From NCBI GenBank assembly GCA_951406725.2, contig OX597814.1, positions 121,086,001 to 121,150,000 on the forward strand: 64,000 nt of DNA. The letters run 5' to 3'. The position numbers and the translations under genes are program-made. Positions 14,640 to 29,534 of this stretch are shown here, piece after piece (within the stretch, counting starts at the first letter, position 1; each line of letters begins with the position of its first letter). The notes beneath the pieces are model-generated. The model ran no database searches and was not told the DNA's origin. It was given only the letters and a program-made list of their open reading frames with translations. The DNA comes from Octopus vulgaris (taxonomy: Eukaryota).

Positions 14640-14731
14640 TTTCCTTCTTTCCTGAGCGTCCAATAATACTATATTTGTTCCACGTCCTCGCGTTGTTGTG
14701 TTTTTTTGTGCTTTCTTGCTTGGATTAACTT

Positions 14732-14794
<63 letters not shown>

Positions 14795-15513
14795 ATAAAT
14801 ATAAATATATATAAATATACATATGTTTCGCCTGCGTCTGAGTTGCTTGCCACTGACGTGAGCATCGCGTCCAAAAGCAAAACAGATTTGATTGTAAATA
14901 TTTTTTCTCTCTCACTTTGTCTCTTTCGCCCTCTCCTTCCCTACCTCCCTCTATCTCTTTCTCTCTCAATCTCTACCTGTCTGTCTCGATTATATAAAAA
15001 ATGCCGATTGCATTCGTCATCATCAAGTCATTATCTCACCCGTTTATTCTTATTTAGAATTTTGTCTGAAGATGGTGGGTTATTTGTCACGATGAAATAT
15101 ATGAATACATTAATATAATTCTACCAATACAGCTGCCGTACGTTTTAAACCCAATTTGTCTTCTTTTTTATATATACGCCGCACCTAGAACTAGACCTAA
15201 GTCAGATCTACGGTTTAAATTGGATTTGATGGTTACATATCAACAATATGCTACTAACACCTGATACCTTCTTGGTTCTTTTACCTCACAGTAGCGATGT
15301 GTTTTTGTTTTATTGTACGTAGCCATTTCTGCCGTCTAAGATTCTAATGTACCCTTCACTAACCAATATATTTATATGTGCGTGTATATCTAGAGACACA
15401 AATACACAGAACGTACGTATGTATCTCTCTCTCTTTTTCTCTTTCTCTATCTGTCTCTCTCTATATATGTATATAGGTAGATAGATAAGGATCTAGATAC
15501 ATTCGTATCTCCT

Positions 15514-15589
<76 letters not shown>

Positions 15590-16631
15590 TGTATGTATGT
15601 ATGTGTGTATGTGTGTGTATGAATGTATATATATATACACATATATAACTGCATTTGCTTTCACTCCTTATTGTCCCCACCCCCTTTTCTTAGAGCGTAT
15701 TACATTTATACCACTACTACAACATTAACTACTTGTTAAATCTTTGCACGATATTACGTTAAGTAGATCGTGCATTATACTTGACATCACGTGAATTGCT
15801 AAATAATAAAGGAAAAGAAACAACCGTTCATATTTTTTCCGAAATCATTCTTGTATTTTTTTTGTAGAACTATTCTCAAAAATATTTTTTTCTCTTTTTG
15901 TTGTTTTTGTTTTAGAATTTTATATAAATAAATGGCATGACAAAAGGTAATTGGCTAATAAATGAATTTTCCATTTTCCTCAAGGCACGCAGCGCTGAGA
16001 AACAACCTGAAGATATATTGATTTGTGATGCTCCGAAGAAATATGTATCAAGCGAATGAAGAAGAATGATGTGAAGAATTTTGTCTCGCACGTATGTGAT
16101 TCTGGGTTCGGTTCCACTACAGCTATTCGGCATTGGTGCTTCAATATCATCTCCAGTTATCCTACGAATGTTTGCTGGCGGTACATCGATTTTTATAAAT
16201 AAGTATATCGGGGTGAATGTATGTGTGTGTGGCGATCAAGGTGAAAGGGGAAAAACAACAGGAACACAAGAAGAGATGTTTTGTATTGCATAGACGACGA
16301 AAGCATACTGTTGTGCGGAAATCCTTGAACAACGAGTAAGATATAGAAATAAATGAGCGCACAGGGAGCAAATCCAAAATCAAATTGAAACAAAATTGAT
16401 TATGCAGTGGGAAGTCAATCATAGGGAGGGAGAAAGCATAGTGAGGAAGGTTAGAATCAAGTACGGAGTAGAAAAGGAAGGAACAAGAAAAAGTAGGATG
16501 GAAGGAAAGATAGAAAAAGGGTTAATGACAAAGAAAAAGGAAAAAGGATTTGGGAAAAGTGAATGTAGTACAGAATGAGGTCACTGTGAAAGAAAGTTTT
16601 AATATAGGGCAAACAAAGAGAAGCAAATGCT

Positions 16632-16815
16632 GGTTTCACAATTTTGGCACAAGGCCAGCAAATTCGGAAGATGGGGTAGTCGATCCCAGCCCGCGATCCG
16701 AAATAATATAAAACAAATTCGACGTTGGCAGAATTTCAACTCAGAACGTTAAGATGGACGGAAAGCTGCTATAGCATTTTGCCCGGTGTGCTAAAGATTC
16801 TGCCAGCTCGCCGCC
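16632..16815 (-). mobile_element. SINE family A, diverged
   Basis: Ends in ttctgccagctcgccgcc, the reverse complement of the head. Confidence 0.8.
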
Positions 16816-18434
16816 ATGAAAATACACACAAACAAATATTAAACCCAGCAAACCGATTAAGACACACAGAAAAAAACAAATATAGAAGCCATTGGTAAAG
16901 TTAATTTGAAGTTAATGGTTAACATTCACTCAGCATGAGGGAATGTTGACCGTTAACTTCAAATGGATCATAGCAAACGTTAGTGTGGACTAATGTTGAG
17001 AGGATACGATAACAACAAATATGACAAAATATACAACTATTGGTAACAAAAAATTAAGATTATTGACCACATGGGATTTTGCTTCTTTTGTTTAAAATTA
17101 AAAAAGATTAAAGAATGATATAAAAAATATTTAACGGTAAAAATCATTCGGCTATGTTGTAACAGGTACAAACAATCACAGACGTTTGTTCATATAAAGA
17201 AATATGATACTAATTCATTAGATGATAGCTCTTTAGCTACGTATCTGTGCGTATATGCATGTATGTATCTTCCCCATACAACGCAAGCCTCGATATGTGT
17301 AAATTATGTTTAAGAGAATGGCTAAACATCCTTCCACACCATAACAATGCATTACTTAATAGAGTCTCAGATACAATACTTTCATGTAATAAACACTCAG
17401 ATAATATACTTTCATGTAAACACAGATATTATTCATTTGCCCATTATTATAAATCTATGTAATCCCATAACTATAAGTATTCTTAATTAAATTTACCCTT
17501 CATATACGACAAGGTCACCCTAGCAACTTATCACCTCAACTAATACCACCCTTCTTATTAAACTAATTTTTCTCATTGTTACCTTTGCAAATTCCCCTAA
17601 ACCACACAAACTCTCATCTCCATCATAGTCTACCCACCCTCACAAGTGGTCTTCTTTTTCTTCTGTCATTTCTCCTATTCAACCAAAATCACTTAATACT
17701 ACACCTCTCACTTGGATACCAATCTGTCAACCTCTCTCTGCGTCTCTATTAACCAATAATTTTATACTTATTATCCCTAAACTTTAACAAAACCAGTACA
17801 AGAGACTACCATTCATATACTATGTACCCTACCCTGCTCTTCATCTTTCAACTCTTCACCTCTATAACTACTACCTCCCTTAGTACCCTCATTATTAATT
17901 GCTCACTCTTCTTGAACCATCTTTTTTTCTCTTACCATTCCCCCTCTTAATACTGCCAGTCCGTTTCTTAATACTGCCATCTTAATACAGCTAGCTGTCC
18001 ACATTTGATATTTCCATCTTTAAACTTCTCTGCATTAAAATTTGTACGCTGAATAATTGGACCTATTAATATAAATATATATATTTATACATAAAAGTTC
18101 ACAATCTGAATGCTTCTACACTTTGCTTCCTCACGCTTTGCAGGTATTCATGTATACATATTTTGTATTTGATGTATTTAATGCTTAATATATTTGCTGC
18201 GTCTAATTTGTTTATCTACCTAATTGCCTCTATATAAGTATGTATGTATGTATGTATGTATGTATGTATGTATGTATGTATGTATGTATGTACGTACGTA
18301 CGTACGTATTTATGTATAGATGGATGTAATATATGCATGTGTGAGTGTGTGTATAAATATACATAGAAATAGACAGGTAGAGATGTAGATGGATAGAGAG
18401 ATTGACAGACAGACAGATAGGTAGATAGATAGAG

Positions 18435-18465
<31 letters not shown>

Positions 18466-18552
18466 TAGAGAGATAGTTAAATAGATAGGTAGAAAGATAA
18501 ATAGATAGATAATCAGTTCAGTGATAGTCAGGTTAAATGTAGGATGTATTCG

Positions 18553-18764
18553 TTTCTACTCTAGGCACAAGTCTCGAAATTCTATGGGAAGAGGTGGCCA
18601 GTTGACTAGATCGACCCAGTGCGCAACTGGTACTTAATTTATCAACCCGGAAAGTCGACCTCGGTGGAATTTGAACTCAGAACGTAAAGACAGATGAAAA
18701 TGTAAGATATATTGCTTTAGGTCATTTTATATGTATGCTTTAGACTGCGATAGGTATTTGTGTA

Positions 18765-18795
<31 letters not shown>

Positions 18796-19122
18796 TCACA
18801 GCTCGATAAATAAGTGATGGAGAAATTATTGTGTCTGTACAACTGAACATGATAAAACCATTGAATGTGTCGCTCAGTAGCGCTCAGTTCAGTGATATAC
18901 ACTGCCTCAGAATTTAAAGTTCAAAGCACAAAAAAGAATGCAATGTTTATCGCTTTTGCACAAGGCTAACAATTTCCGACTGGTGGGTAAGTCGATTAAA
19001 TCGACCCCTTGCTCAATTAGTACGTATGATTTCGACCCTGTGAGAACGAAAAGCAAAGTCGACCTCGACGAAGTTAGAACTCAGAATGTGAAGATGAATG
19101 AAAAACTGACAAGCATTTCACC
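18553..19122 (-). mobile_element. Two partial SINE family A copies (18553-18700, 18954-19122)
   Basis: aagtcgacctcg..gaatttgaactcagaacg motif in both. Confidence 0.75.
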
Positions 19123-19524
19123 ATCTTGACATATACTGAAATATATTAATAGCTGTATAAAGAAACACGTGAAAATAGTTATAGCTATACGCTCCTCCAC
19201 AGAATTCAGATTGCATCTAAAGTAAATTAGGAAGTACAAATTATCGAAGACAAAAATAGCCATATGGAACTTTCCAAAAGTCATCACAAGAAATAACAAG
19301 GAAGGAAAAGGTGAAGAGGGCACTATAAACGAAAAATAGCATAAAAGACTGAAAACGAATGCAGTGTTGCCAAGATAGGAAACAAAGGCAACGGAAATAA
19401 CAATCAATTACTGTTAGCGAGAGTTCTTCTACAACATACATTCATAAATACATACATCTTATATATATATATGTGTGTGTGTGTGGGAAAGTATGTGTAA
19501 ATATAGATGCTTGTACGTATCCTC

Positions 19525-19556
<32 letters not shown>

Positions 19557-19663
19557 ATACATACACACATATAAGTTCAAATTTGTGCATGAATTGTGCA
19601 TCAAAGCGAATGATTTTTCTCCTTTAAAAATGGTTTATCCTGTAACTGGTATGTCATACACAA

Positions 19664-19711
<48 letters not shown>

Positions 19712-19715
19712 TATT

Positions 19716-19882
19716 GCCGCAGGAGTGTCTGTGTGGTAAGGAGCTTGCTTCCCAACCACATGAATCCAAGTTCAGTTCCTCTGCGTGCCAGTTTCGGGCG
19801 TGTGTCTTCTACTATACCCTCGGGCCGACCAAATCCTTGTCAGTGGATTTGGTAGGGGAGAAGTGAAAGGAACACGTCGTGT
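19716..19882 (+). mobile_element. SINE family B, 5' half
   Basis: gcaggagtgtctgtgtggtaaggagcttgc...gtggatttggtag, followed by (TA)n. Confidence 0.85.
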
Positions 19883-19892
19883 ATATATATAT

Positions 19893-19923
<31 letters not shown>

Positions 19924-20689
19924 GCAATTTGACAGATTCTATACAGTTGTAGCACATGTTACAATCGATCATTTCGCTCTTTGTTATGAATTTGTACGAG
20001 GGTACAAAACCTACAGAAGGTTCTAACGAAATATTTTTTCATACAACAGCTTCGTGAAAGACTAAATAAATTGATGTGCTGGACCTGGTGATATATATGA
20101 CTATGTAAAAATGATGTTTATATTGTGATAAATATGGAATGAATTCAATATTGGCACGGTGTTGTGCAAACATCTCACCACTTCTACTGATAAATATTAT
20201 ATGACTCTTACGATGCAACAGTAAAAGTAAAATTGCACAATTAATGTACCTTTCTGCACGCAATCAAGCATTGCACTAATAGAAAGACATCGTTCTAGAA
20301 ACAGGAATGATGCGGAGGTACATAAGCCAGTGTATGACGTATTCCGTTCAGGGAAAATCAAGTCCTGTTGCTACATGCGAACTTAATCTGTGACAATCGC
20401 ATAACGCATGTCAAGTAACTTGATTTCATAATATGTCCATTGTATAGCCGTCAAGATACGTCAGGCCGGTAAATGTTGGTCTATCTTGGATTAAAATATC
20501 AATATATGAATTGGAGGTGACTGCAACCAGCCACATGTTTAAATAGACTGAAAACTAAGTGCGGTAAATGCATAGGCAAATGAATTTCATAAAAGTATAT
20601 GTGGAATACAATTAAGATTTGGCAAGTCGATGACGATTCTCTTGACATGTCTAAAACTCATATACAGATATATTTTTTCATTCCTTTAG

Positions 20690-21318
20690 TCTTTTATTCG
20701 TTTCAATCAGTTCAATGTGGCTATGCTGGAGCATTGCATTTAGTCGAACAAATCGATGCCGGGACTTATTCTTTTAAGCCTGGTACTTATTCTTTTGGGA
20801 TCTTTTCCCGAACCACTAGGCTACGGGGACGTAAACGCACGGACATATGTTACCAAGTGATGCTAGGGAGACATACACATGCACACAAATATATACATAC
20901 ATTCTATATATACTCTTTACTCTTTTACTTGTTTCAGTTATTTGACTGCGGCCATGCTGGAGCACCACCTTTAGTAGAGCAAATCGACCCCAGGACTTTT
21001 TCTTTGTAAGCCTAGTACTTATTCTCTCGGTATTTATTTCGCTGCCTAAATATCGCCGGCTATCTTCTCCAATGCACAACACAATGACGCACGCGTGCAC
21101 TGACAACAAAGACTCATGGGAAGTAAGCGAGCTACTTACCACACAGCCACTCCTAGATGGACTTATTTCACTTTCAGTCTACCAGACCCACTCACCAGTC
21201 TCTGGTCAGCCTGAAGCTATAGCCCAAGACATATGCCCAAGGTGTCACGCAGTGGGACTGAATCCGGAACCATGTGGTTGGGAAGAAAGCTTCTTATCAC
21301 GCAGCCAAGTTTGCGCCT
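20690..21318 (-). mobile_element. Cluster of SINE family B pieces (two 3' halves, one 5' half)
   Basis: atgctggagca motif twice; cccaaggtgtcacgcagtgggactgaa head motif. Confidence 0.8.
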
Positions 21319-22203
21319 ATATATCTACTACATACAAGAATATAAAGCGAGCAATGTGAAACATCTATTCACACACACAAGCTGATTTAGCGTACACACA
21401 CACATATATACACACGTTTACACACACACACACATATACACACGCTTATACACAAATACAAACATACACATACACATATGCTTGTAATCTATTAGTGTAT
21501 GAGTGAGCGTGTTCGTGCGCATATGTGTGTGTATGAATCTACACAAACGTATATTCACGCATGCCTACGTACACACACAGACGACCGCACACGCACATTA
21601 TCGCAGAAGCTCTTTAGCGGTAGACAGTACATACATGCCGTTCACTAATTTCTGTTTTATGAAGCTGATACTATAAAACAAACTCACCCACCAAACGATA
21701 TTTCTGTTTACATTGATGAAACAATTACACTAAATAAATTTCTTATTGTTCTTCATATTGTTATTACTGTTGATGATAATGATTAAGATGATTAGGACGA
21801 TTGCGATTAAACTAGGTTGTATTTGTTCAGTTTTGTTATTGATGTTCTTGTAGTTGTTACTGCTACATATACTATTGCCGTTGTTGTACGAACACAATTC
21901 TAGTCATTAATCCCAATCGGATAATTTTGCTCGTTTTTAGCTTGAGTGTTTTCAAGTGAAAATAAATGAAACAGATATGGATATTTGTGGGAATACACAT
22001 TTGGAAAGTCGCTCATTGTGAAATTTAATCATAGCATTGATTAATTATATTTCCAAACATGAAAAGAACGCAATTTTCTGATCTAATGAGCATTGTGTGA
22101 ATATCTACGGCAGCATATATGTATACAAACGCATATACATCTCGCTCTCTCTCACTTCATATATATATATTTATATATACATATATATATATATATACAC
22201 ACA

Positions 22204-22293
<90 letters not shown>

Positions 22294-22299
22294 CATATG

Positions 22300-22332
<33 letters not shown>

Positions 22333-22606
22333 CCTTCTGTTTATGCATACACACACATGCACACACACACACATATATATATGTATACATGGATATATAT
22401 ATATGTATATATAAACGCCCGTGGCCAGATGTATATTAGTTGATGTTATTTTATAACGTATATCTATACGTAACAATGTGCCTATTAAAACTGCAAAATA
22501 ACTAAACAATTTGCGATTAGTTTTCTTTCTACATCTGTCTATTGTATATATTCACATGCTATTATTACAAATAAAATATATATGCCGACAGACACGTATA
22601 TAATAA

Positions 22607-22642
<36 letters not shown>

Positions 22643-22954
22643 GTCCACACACACATATTATCATAAATACAAGAGCATACAAATGTATGGAAATATATAT
22701 GCCAAAGTATATATAGACATGTGCAGACAATATTTTTGACATTTATATGTATATTTATATATTGTCATAGATACAAGAGCATACATATGTATGGAAATAT
22801 ATATGCCGAAGTATATATAGACATATGTATATAATATTTGCAATATATATGTGTGTGTGTATAGATATATTCTATTGTTCTATTATTTCTTTCAGTCATT
22901 TGACTGCGGCCATCCTGGAGCACCGCCTTTTGTCGAATAAGTCGACATATACAT

Positions 22955-23935
22955 ATGCTTTTGCCTGTCTCTTCTCAAAGCTCGTTTTTTCAGCGTCCAC
23001 CACTTCCCCTCGTTATGGCTTAACAGCCCTCACCGTTTGTTTTTAGTATTATGTTCGTACTGTCCTTTTTTTTTTAACACTTTAACCCAACGCAAAAAAA
23101 TCCCAAATTTTATTTAATTTCCTTTGCGGGAAGGACTATTTTAATGGAGTCGCTTCTTGTCTCTATATTCGGAACGCGGAGTAGATAAAACAGAGGACAG
23201 CTGATAAATGGAATGTACTATGTGTTTCCTGTCTCGTTTCTCTATTTGTTTCTTTCGTTCTTCGAGAAAAGGTTCGTTTACCATGCTTTTGTTTTTTTAT
23301 GCTCTCGTTTCTCATTTTGTTCACGTTTTTTGACGCCCTGCACCCATATATGCATGTATATATACATATATATGTAAGTATGTACGTGTATGTGTTTATA
23401 TATGCATATGTATAATATAACCTAACTCTATTCTATCTACCTTTCCTGTTCTTTCTTTCTGTTTTTCTCTCCCTCCCTTTCTCTAATTCTTCTCCTCTCC
23501 CCTTCGCCGTGCCGTCTCCCTCTCTCACTCTTCTTTCTTGACTCCCTCATTGCTCACACGTGAACAACGGCTGTCACTCTTTCTTCCACTTCCTAAAGAC
23601 ATGACGTGCTTTTGCCTTCTCTTCTCAAAACGTGCTTTTCCAGCGTTCACTTCATTATGGCTTAACAGCCCTCACCGTTTGTTTTTACTGCTATATTCTT
23701 ACTGTACTGTTTTTGTTACCACTCTGATCATCCGCAAAAAATCCGAAATTGTATTTAATTTCCTTTGCGGGAAGGACTGTTTTAACGAAATCGCGTTTTG
23801 TCCCTACTTTCAAAACGCGGAGTAGTTAAAAGAGGGGACAACTATTGAAGGGAATGTTCTTTATGTTGCCTGTCTCGTTTCTCTCTTTGACGTCCTGTAC
23901 CCATATATGCATGTATATATACATATATATAGGCA
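22955..23935 (+). mobile_element. Two tandem diverged copies of a non-coding repeat carrying scrambled hammerhead strands
   Basis: Shared blocks ttatggcttaacagccctcaccgtttg, cctttgcgggaaggact and gacg(c/t)cctg(c/t)acccatatatgcatg; third copy at about 59400-59720 on the minus strand. Confidence 0.8.
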
Positions 23936-23979
23936 TGTACATGTATGTGTGTATATATGCATATATATATTATTTATAT

Positions 23980-24010
<31 letters not shown>

Positions 24011-24024
24011 GATATATATATATG

Positions 24025-24067
<43 letters not shown>

Positions 24068-24070
<3 letters not shown>

Positions 24071-24232
24071 GAAGGGCTTCTTTGTATTTCCGTCTACCAA
24101 ATCCACCCACAAGGCTTTGATCGGCAAGAGTCTATAGTACAAGACACTTCCCCAAGGTGCCATGCTGTGGGACTGAACCCCGAGGTATGTGGTTGGTAAG
24201 CAAGCTACTTACCACACCACCGATTCTGCACC
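24068..24232 (-). mobile_element. SINE family B, 5' half
   Basis: ttccgtctaccaaatccac...ggtaagcaagctacttaccacac. Confidence 0.85.
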
Positions 24233-24664
24233 TTGTATAATATTTTTTCTAAATATGTGTGTGTGTGTGTGTGTGTAAACATAGACATATAAAGTATGAT
24301 AAGTAAATTTATAAATACAGATATTCAGTTACAATTCAATAGCACAGAAACATCGTTTATATTTTCTCTCATTTCTCTGTCACTCTTGCTTAAAAATATA
24401 TATTTCCATTTGTCAAACTTTCATATTGACTACAGCTTTTTCTTTCGATTTTTCCTCCTAATTTATATATTTATATACTTATTGTTTTTCTCTTCAATAC
24501 CAGGAAATTCTGATTCAACATACCATATACAGAAACCCTCACACACATCTCTTTCGTTTTGTTATCTTCTCTCTCCTCTATCTTCATCATATATATTGAT
24601 AGAAATACGTACATAAATAGATGTAGATATTGGTGTATGTACGCACACACACACACACATACAT

Positions 24665-24945
<281 letters not shown>

Positions 24946-25009
24946 TCACCCGACGAGCGGGAACGTGAAACTCTGAGTAACAGCTTTTGTTATATTTCTG
25001 CTACTTTTA

Positions 25010-25046
<37 letters not shown>

Positions 25047-25440
25047 TGTGTGTGTGAGTGTTTCTTTGTATCTGACTCCATATTTAGAATGTTTGGCGTT
25101 TCGTAGGATTTATCTAAGAATTTGTTATGTCTATTAGGATTGTTGTTGGTGCATATAATCAGGACTTATTTTAATACAAATGAAAATTGTGTCTGATGGT
25201 GGAAAGACTACAGTTATGTAGCGTCCTCCCTATTTCAGAACATTAGACCTCGAAACTCGTGATATTGTCATTCCTTCCGTTATTGAACTGCAAGATAGAA
25301 ATAGTGCATCAAAGGTATCAAACTGATAAGTCTAGGCAGGCCTAAATTTATTATAGTCACTCACGTACTCCAGAATCTTCAAACATTGCGACAGTGGCCT
25401 TTTACGTCGACAGGAGGTGTTCAGCTAATATTGGAATATA

Positions 25441-26036
25441 GGGACGGCGAGTTACCTGAAACGTTAGAACGCCAGGTGAAATGCTTATCTGTATTTCGCA
25501 TCTCTACGTTCTGATTTTGCCTTTCATCCTTTCGGGGTCGATAAATTAAGTACCAGTTGCGTACGGGGTTCGATCTAATCGACTCGCCCCCTCCTAAAAA
25601 ATGTCGGGCCTTGTTCCTAGAGTAGAAAAGAATAAAGAGGTGGTGAGTTGTCAGAAACGTTAGCACGCCGGGCGAAATGCTTAGCGGTATTTCGGTTGCC
25701 GTTTCGTTCTGAGTTCAAATTCCGCCGAGGTCCACTTTTCCTTTCATCCTTTCGGGGTCGATTAAATAAGTACCAGTTACGCACTGAGGTCGATGTAATC
25801 GACTTCATCTGTTTGTCTGTCCTTGTTTGTCCCTCTGTGTGTAGCCCCTTGTGGGCAGTAAAGAATTAGGTATTTCGTATGCCGCTACGTTCTGAGTTCA
25901 AATTCCGCCAAGGTCGACTTTGCCTTTCATCCTTTCGAGCTCTATAAATTAAGTACCAGTTGCGTACCGAGGTCGATTTAATCGACTAGTACCCTCTCCC
26001 AAAATTTCGGGTCTTGCGCCTTGGTAGAAAAGAATA
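25441..26036 (+). mobile_element. Three head-to-tail SINE family A units (tail 2; tail 1; 5'-truncated tail 2)
   Basis: Three cctttcatcctttcg cores; units end in agtagaaaagaata, gtgggcagtaaagaat and ggtagaaaagaata. Confidence 0.9.
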
Positions 26037-26829
26037 TTTCACTTAGCCGTACTCAAGATTTTCTTGCTGCTATATTTCATTTCAAGGCACGAATTTATAT
26101 TACAAAATACTTTGAAAGGTTTTCACCTTATGGTATTGCAACCGTAAACAACTTATTGTAAAACAAACTTAAATATTCTACATGTATCTCATTATAATTC
26201 TTAATATTATTAACCCAAAAACAAGTATAGTAGCCATATATCACCCTTAAAATTGTAGTTGTCTTGTTTTCAAATCGGCCACATCCTGGATCTCACAGTT
26301 TCCTTAATATATTACTCTACAAATTAACAGCCACATCAGCGCAATCTCGAAGCTAGGAGATAATGCACAATAAATTTAAAACAATGTAAATGAATAAGCA
26401 TTACATTTGGCAGAGTAATCTGAATTCTAAAGTGTTAATTATCCCGTAGGCGGTAGATTATAAGAAACACTAAATCATCGGAAGAAGCCTGAAGATATTT
26501 CTTCCAGTCATTTACATTCTAAAGGAAAACTCAGCCGAAGTATACTTTGCATTTTCTTTCTTCCGAGCTCATTAAAATAAGTTACTAGTCTCGTAATAGA
26601 GCTGATATAATTTACTAAATCCTATGCTCTGGATTTTGGTGGCCGACTGCTTAAGTATGAAGAAATATCACATGATTTCCTCAGAGTGTTTCCGCTTTGG
26701 CGCACATCTTTTCATTAAAATAAAATATATTAGTATATAGTCTAATATTGAAAACATCTATATTATTATATAAAATCTATAATCATTATGTTTCAAAAAA
26801 GTATATATTAAGTAGAACTTTTTGGGTTG

Positions 26830-26927
26830 CAGACGTGGTTATGTTAAGAATGTGGTTCCGGGTTCAGTTCCATTGCGTGGCACCTTGGGCAAAGTGGGAA
26901 CTTAGATGGAGACTAAGAGAGACCCGT

Positions 26928-26976
<49 letters not shown>

Positions 26977-27197
26977 GTATGCATGTGTGTATATATGTTT
27001 GTGTGTCTGTGGTTGCCTCCCCTTCCGCCCACGACTTCTCTTGACAACCGATGGTGTTGTGTTTACGTCTCTGTAACTTAGCAGTTCGGCAAAAAAGACA
27101 GACAGAATAAGTTCTAGGGTCGATTTCCTCGACTAAAGTCGGTGCTGCTGTATGGCAGCAGTCAAATGACTGAAACAAGTAAAAGAGTAAAAAAAGA

Positions 27198-27257
<60 letters not shown>

Positions 27258-27518
27258 TATGTATATGTGAGAGGGTGAGTGTAAGTGTGTGTTTGCGTGG
27301 GTGAGTGCGGGTGAGTAAACCTTTGCGTCTGTGTTTCTCCTCCCACGATCATTTGACACTCAGTGTTCGCGTATTTACATGCCCATACCTTAGCGGTTCC
27401 GCTAAATAACTGATAGAACAAGAACCACGCTTTAAAGAATTAGTTCCACTAAAATGCTTCAAGGCGGTACTGCAGCATAGCCGTAGACTAGTGACTCAAT
27501 CCAGTAAAAGACTAAAGA
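26830..27518 (+). mobile_element. SINE family B with internal (TA)n, plus a second older 3' half
   Basis: ggttccgggttcagttccattgcgtggcaccttgggcaa head; cagtcaaatgactgaaacaagtaaaagag tail. Confidence 0.8.
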
Positions 27519-27628
27519 AACATCTCTGTGTTTGTGTATGTGTGTGTGTTTATGTGCGCGTTCACATACTTATATAATTACACACATACATGCATGCACA
27601 CATACACACAGATATATACTTACAAAAT

Positions 27629-27680
<52 letters not shown>

Positions 27681-28981
27681 CGCTGAACTATTGACAAAAC
27701 GACGCTTAGAAGTTCAAATTTATATCTGCAGTTATTAGTTCACAGGGATATCTGACACATTACCTAAGTGCCAATCTTGAGAAATTAGGCTTCTCAAAAC
27801 CAGAATGGAGAAAGCCGATTCGAAGACTACAGATTCAACCCACCATAGGATCTATAAAATTCTGAAAAAATTTCCAGAAAGTTTTCGTTGAAGTATATAT
27901 ATACGCATGTTTAGCCATGCAATTATATACATGAAAATACATATATAGAATGAGACATACAAACCTGTACATGCACTGCCTCCAAATACTGAATATATAC
28001 ATCCATACAAAAGTATCCTGTTGATGTTGTTGAATTTCTAACGACAGAACCTTGGATCTACGCTAGACGGCGGCTCTTTCACTATTGGCAACATATCTTG
28101 AAATAAAACTGAATAATCACGTACATGCATACGTACGTATGCATGTATATATCCATATATTTCTGTGTAAGAATACGTGTCAATGAATGTGGATATGTCG
28201 ATGTAGAGGTAGCATGCAGTACGGTTAAGAAGTTCGGTTTGTAAGCAGACTTCCTCAGTCTCGATCGCTCTATATGGCATGTTGCGCAAGTGTTACTTTC
28301 TAGATTCTCATGTCGATATACCTTGTAAGCGAAGCAGTGAATGCAAAATATCCATAAAAACCAATAGCGTGAGTTTTCTTACTAAATCAGGAAAAAATTG
28401 AGTAAAGTTTAATCATGTCTGTTAAAAGTTCATCGATTCACGTCCAACTGAATTCTTATAGAAAAACAATGGGAAATCATCATATTCATGTATTTGTCTG
28501 GCGGGGTTGTATGAAAAAAATTTTAATGATGATTTCAAGGAAATCTGTCACTTCTAATTATTTTCTCTTCATTTAAAAAAAAAATTATTACTTAAGTTCA
28601 TGTGATCCTCTCAAAGCTAATAGATTATTCAAGAAGTCACGAACCAGTATATCAGCTGTGGAATGAGGACCGTGTTATCAAAATAAACGTAAACATAGTC
28701 AATCGCATTGTCCAAACTGTGAACTGGTAAAATTGTAAAAGCATCACCCGAAAATGCATTATTTCTTCAGGACGTTCTGTTTTTAATTCAGATCTTACTG
28801 AAATTCTCGTTGCCGTTCAACATTACTGGGCTTGAGTTAATTATATTGTACTTTCAGCTCAAAATGAATGCACATGTGCCTAAAATAGAGGCATCTATTA
28901 TCAGGACTCGACAGAATCGTTACAGAGCCGGAATACCTGAATTACAGCATTTTTTCTTCTTCTTCTTCTTATTATTATTAT

Positions 28982-29534
28982 TGAGTGAGATAGCAGTGCA
29001 TGCCATCAAAGTGACACTGGGGTAAAATATACGAAGCCCGGTATACCCATCATGACTACCCCTCTGATAAGAGTACACCAGGCACATGCATCAAAACCAT
29101 ATGTGCGTGACATGGTGATCTCATATCAAGATAAACAGCGCATGACTTTCAGGTGGGGCCCAGTTAGAATTTTCCTCTGGTTGAGTAACCCATCCCGCTC
29201 AAAAAGTCCCTGAATAAGGGTTGTTTAAGGATGTTGAAAGAACCACCCATGTTTCCAGAGGTGAATTATTCTAACCCCAAATACTCACTCTCAACATATG
29301 TCTATGATGCTCCCCCACTACTTCTGCTCATGATCAGAGATGCACATATCGTCAGCCACTAAGAGACATGGTCAACTGATTAAGGTCAAACAACTGACAA
29401 GCAAATCAGTGGTATTGAGCAGAATATTTGCTGTAGCCCATCTTTTATACCAAGACAAAATAATGTACGTAATAACACTTCCAATCAGTTAAGATCAGAA
29501 GCCATGAGAGCCACAGTCTGGTACTGCATCAGGG

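Noticed and set aside
22667-22825. Short direct repeats (also 3694-3725 and 39664-39710)
   Set aside because: Ordinary local slippage duplications with no further structure.
25441-26036. CRISPR-like repeat array or tRNA gene cluster
   Set aside because: The units are SINE monomers; there are no unique spacers or complete tRNA cloverleafs, and the context is eukaryotic.
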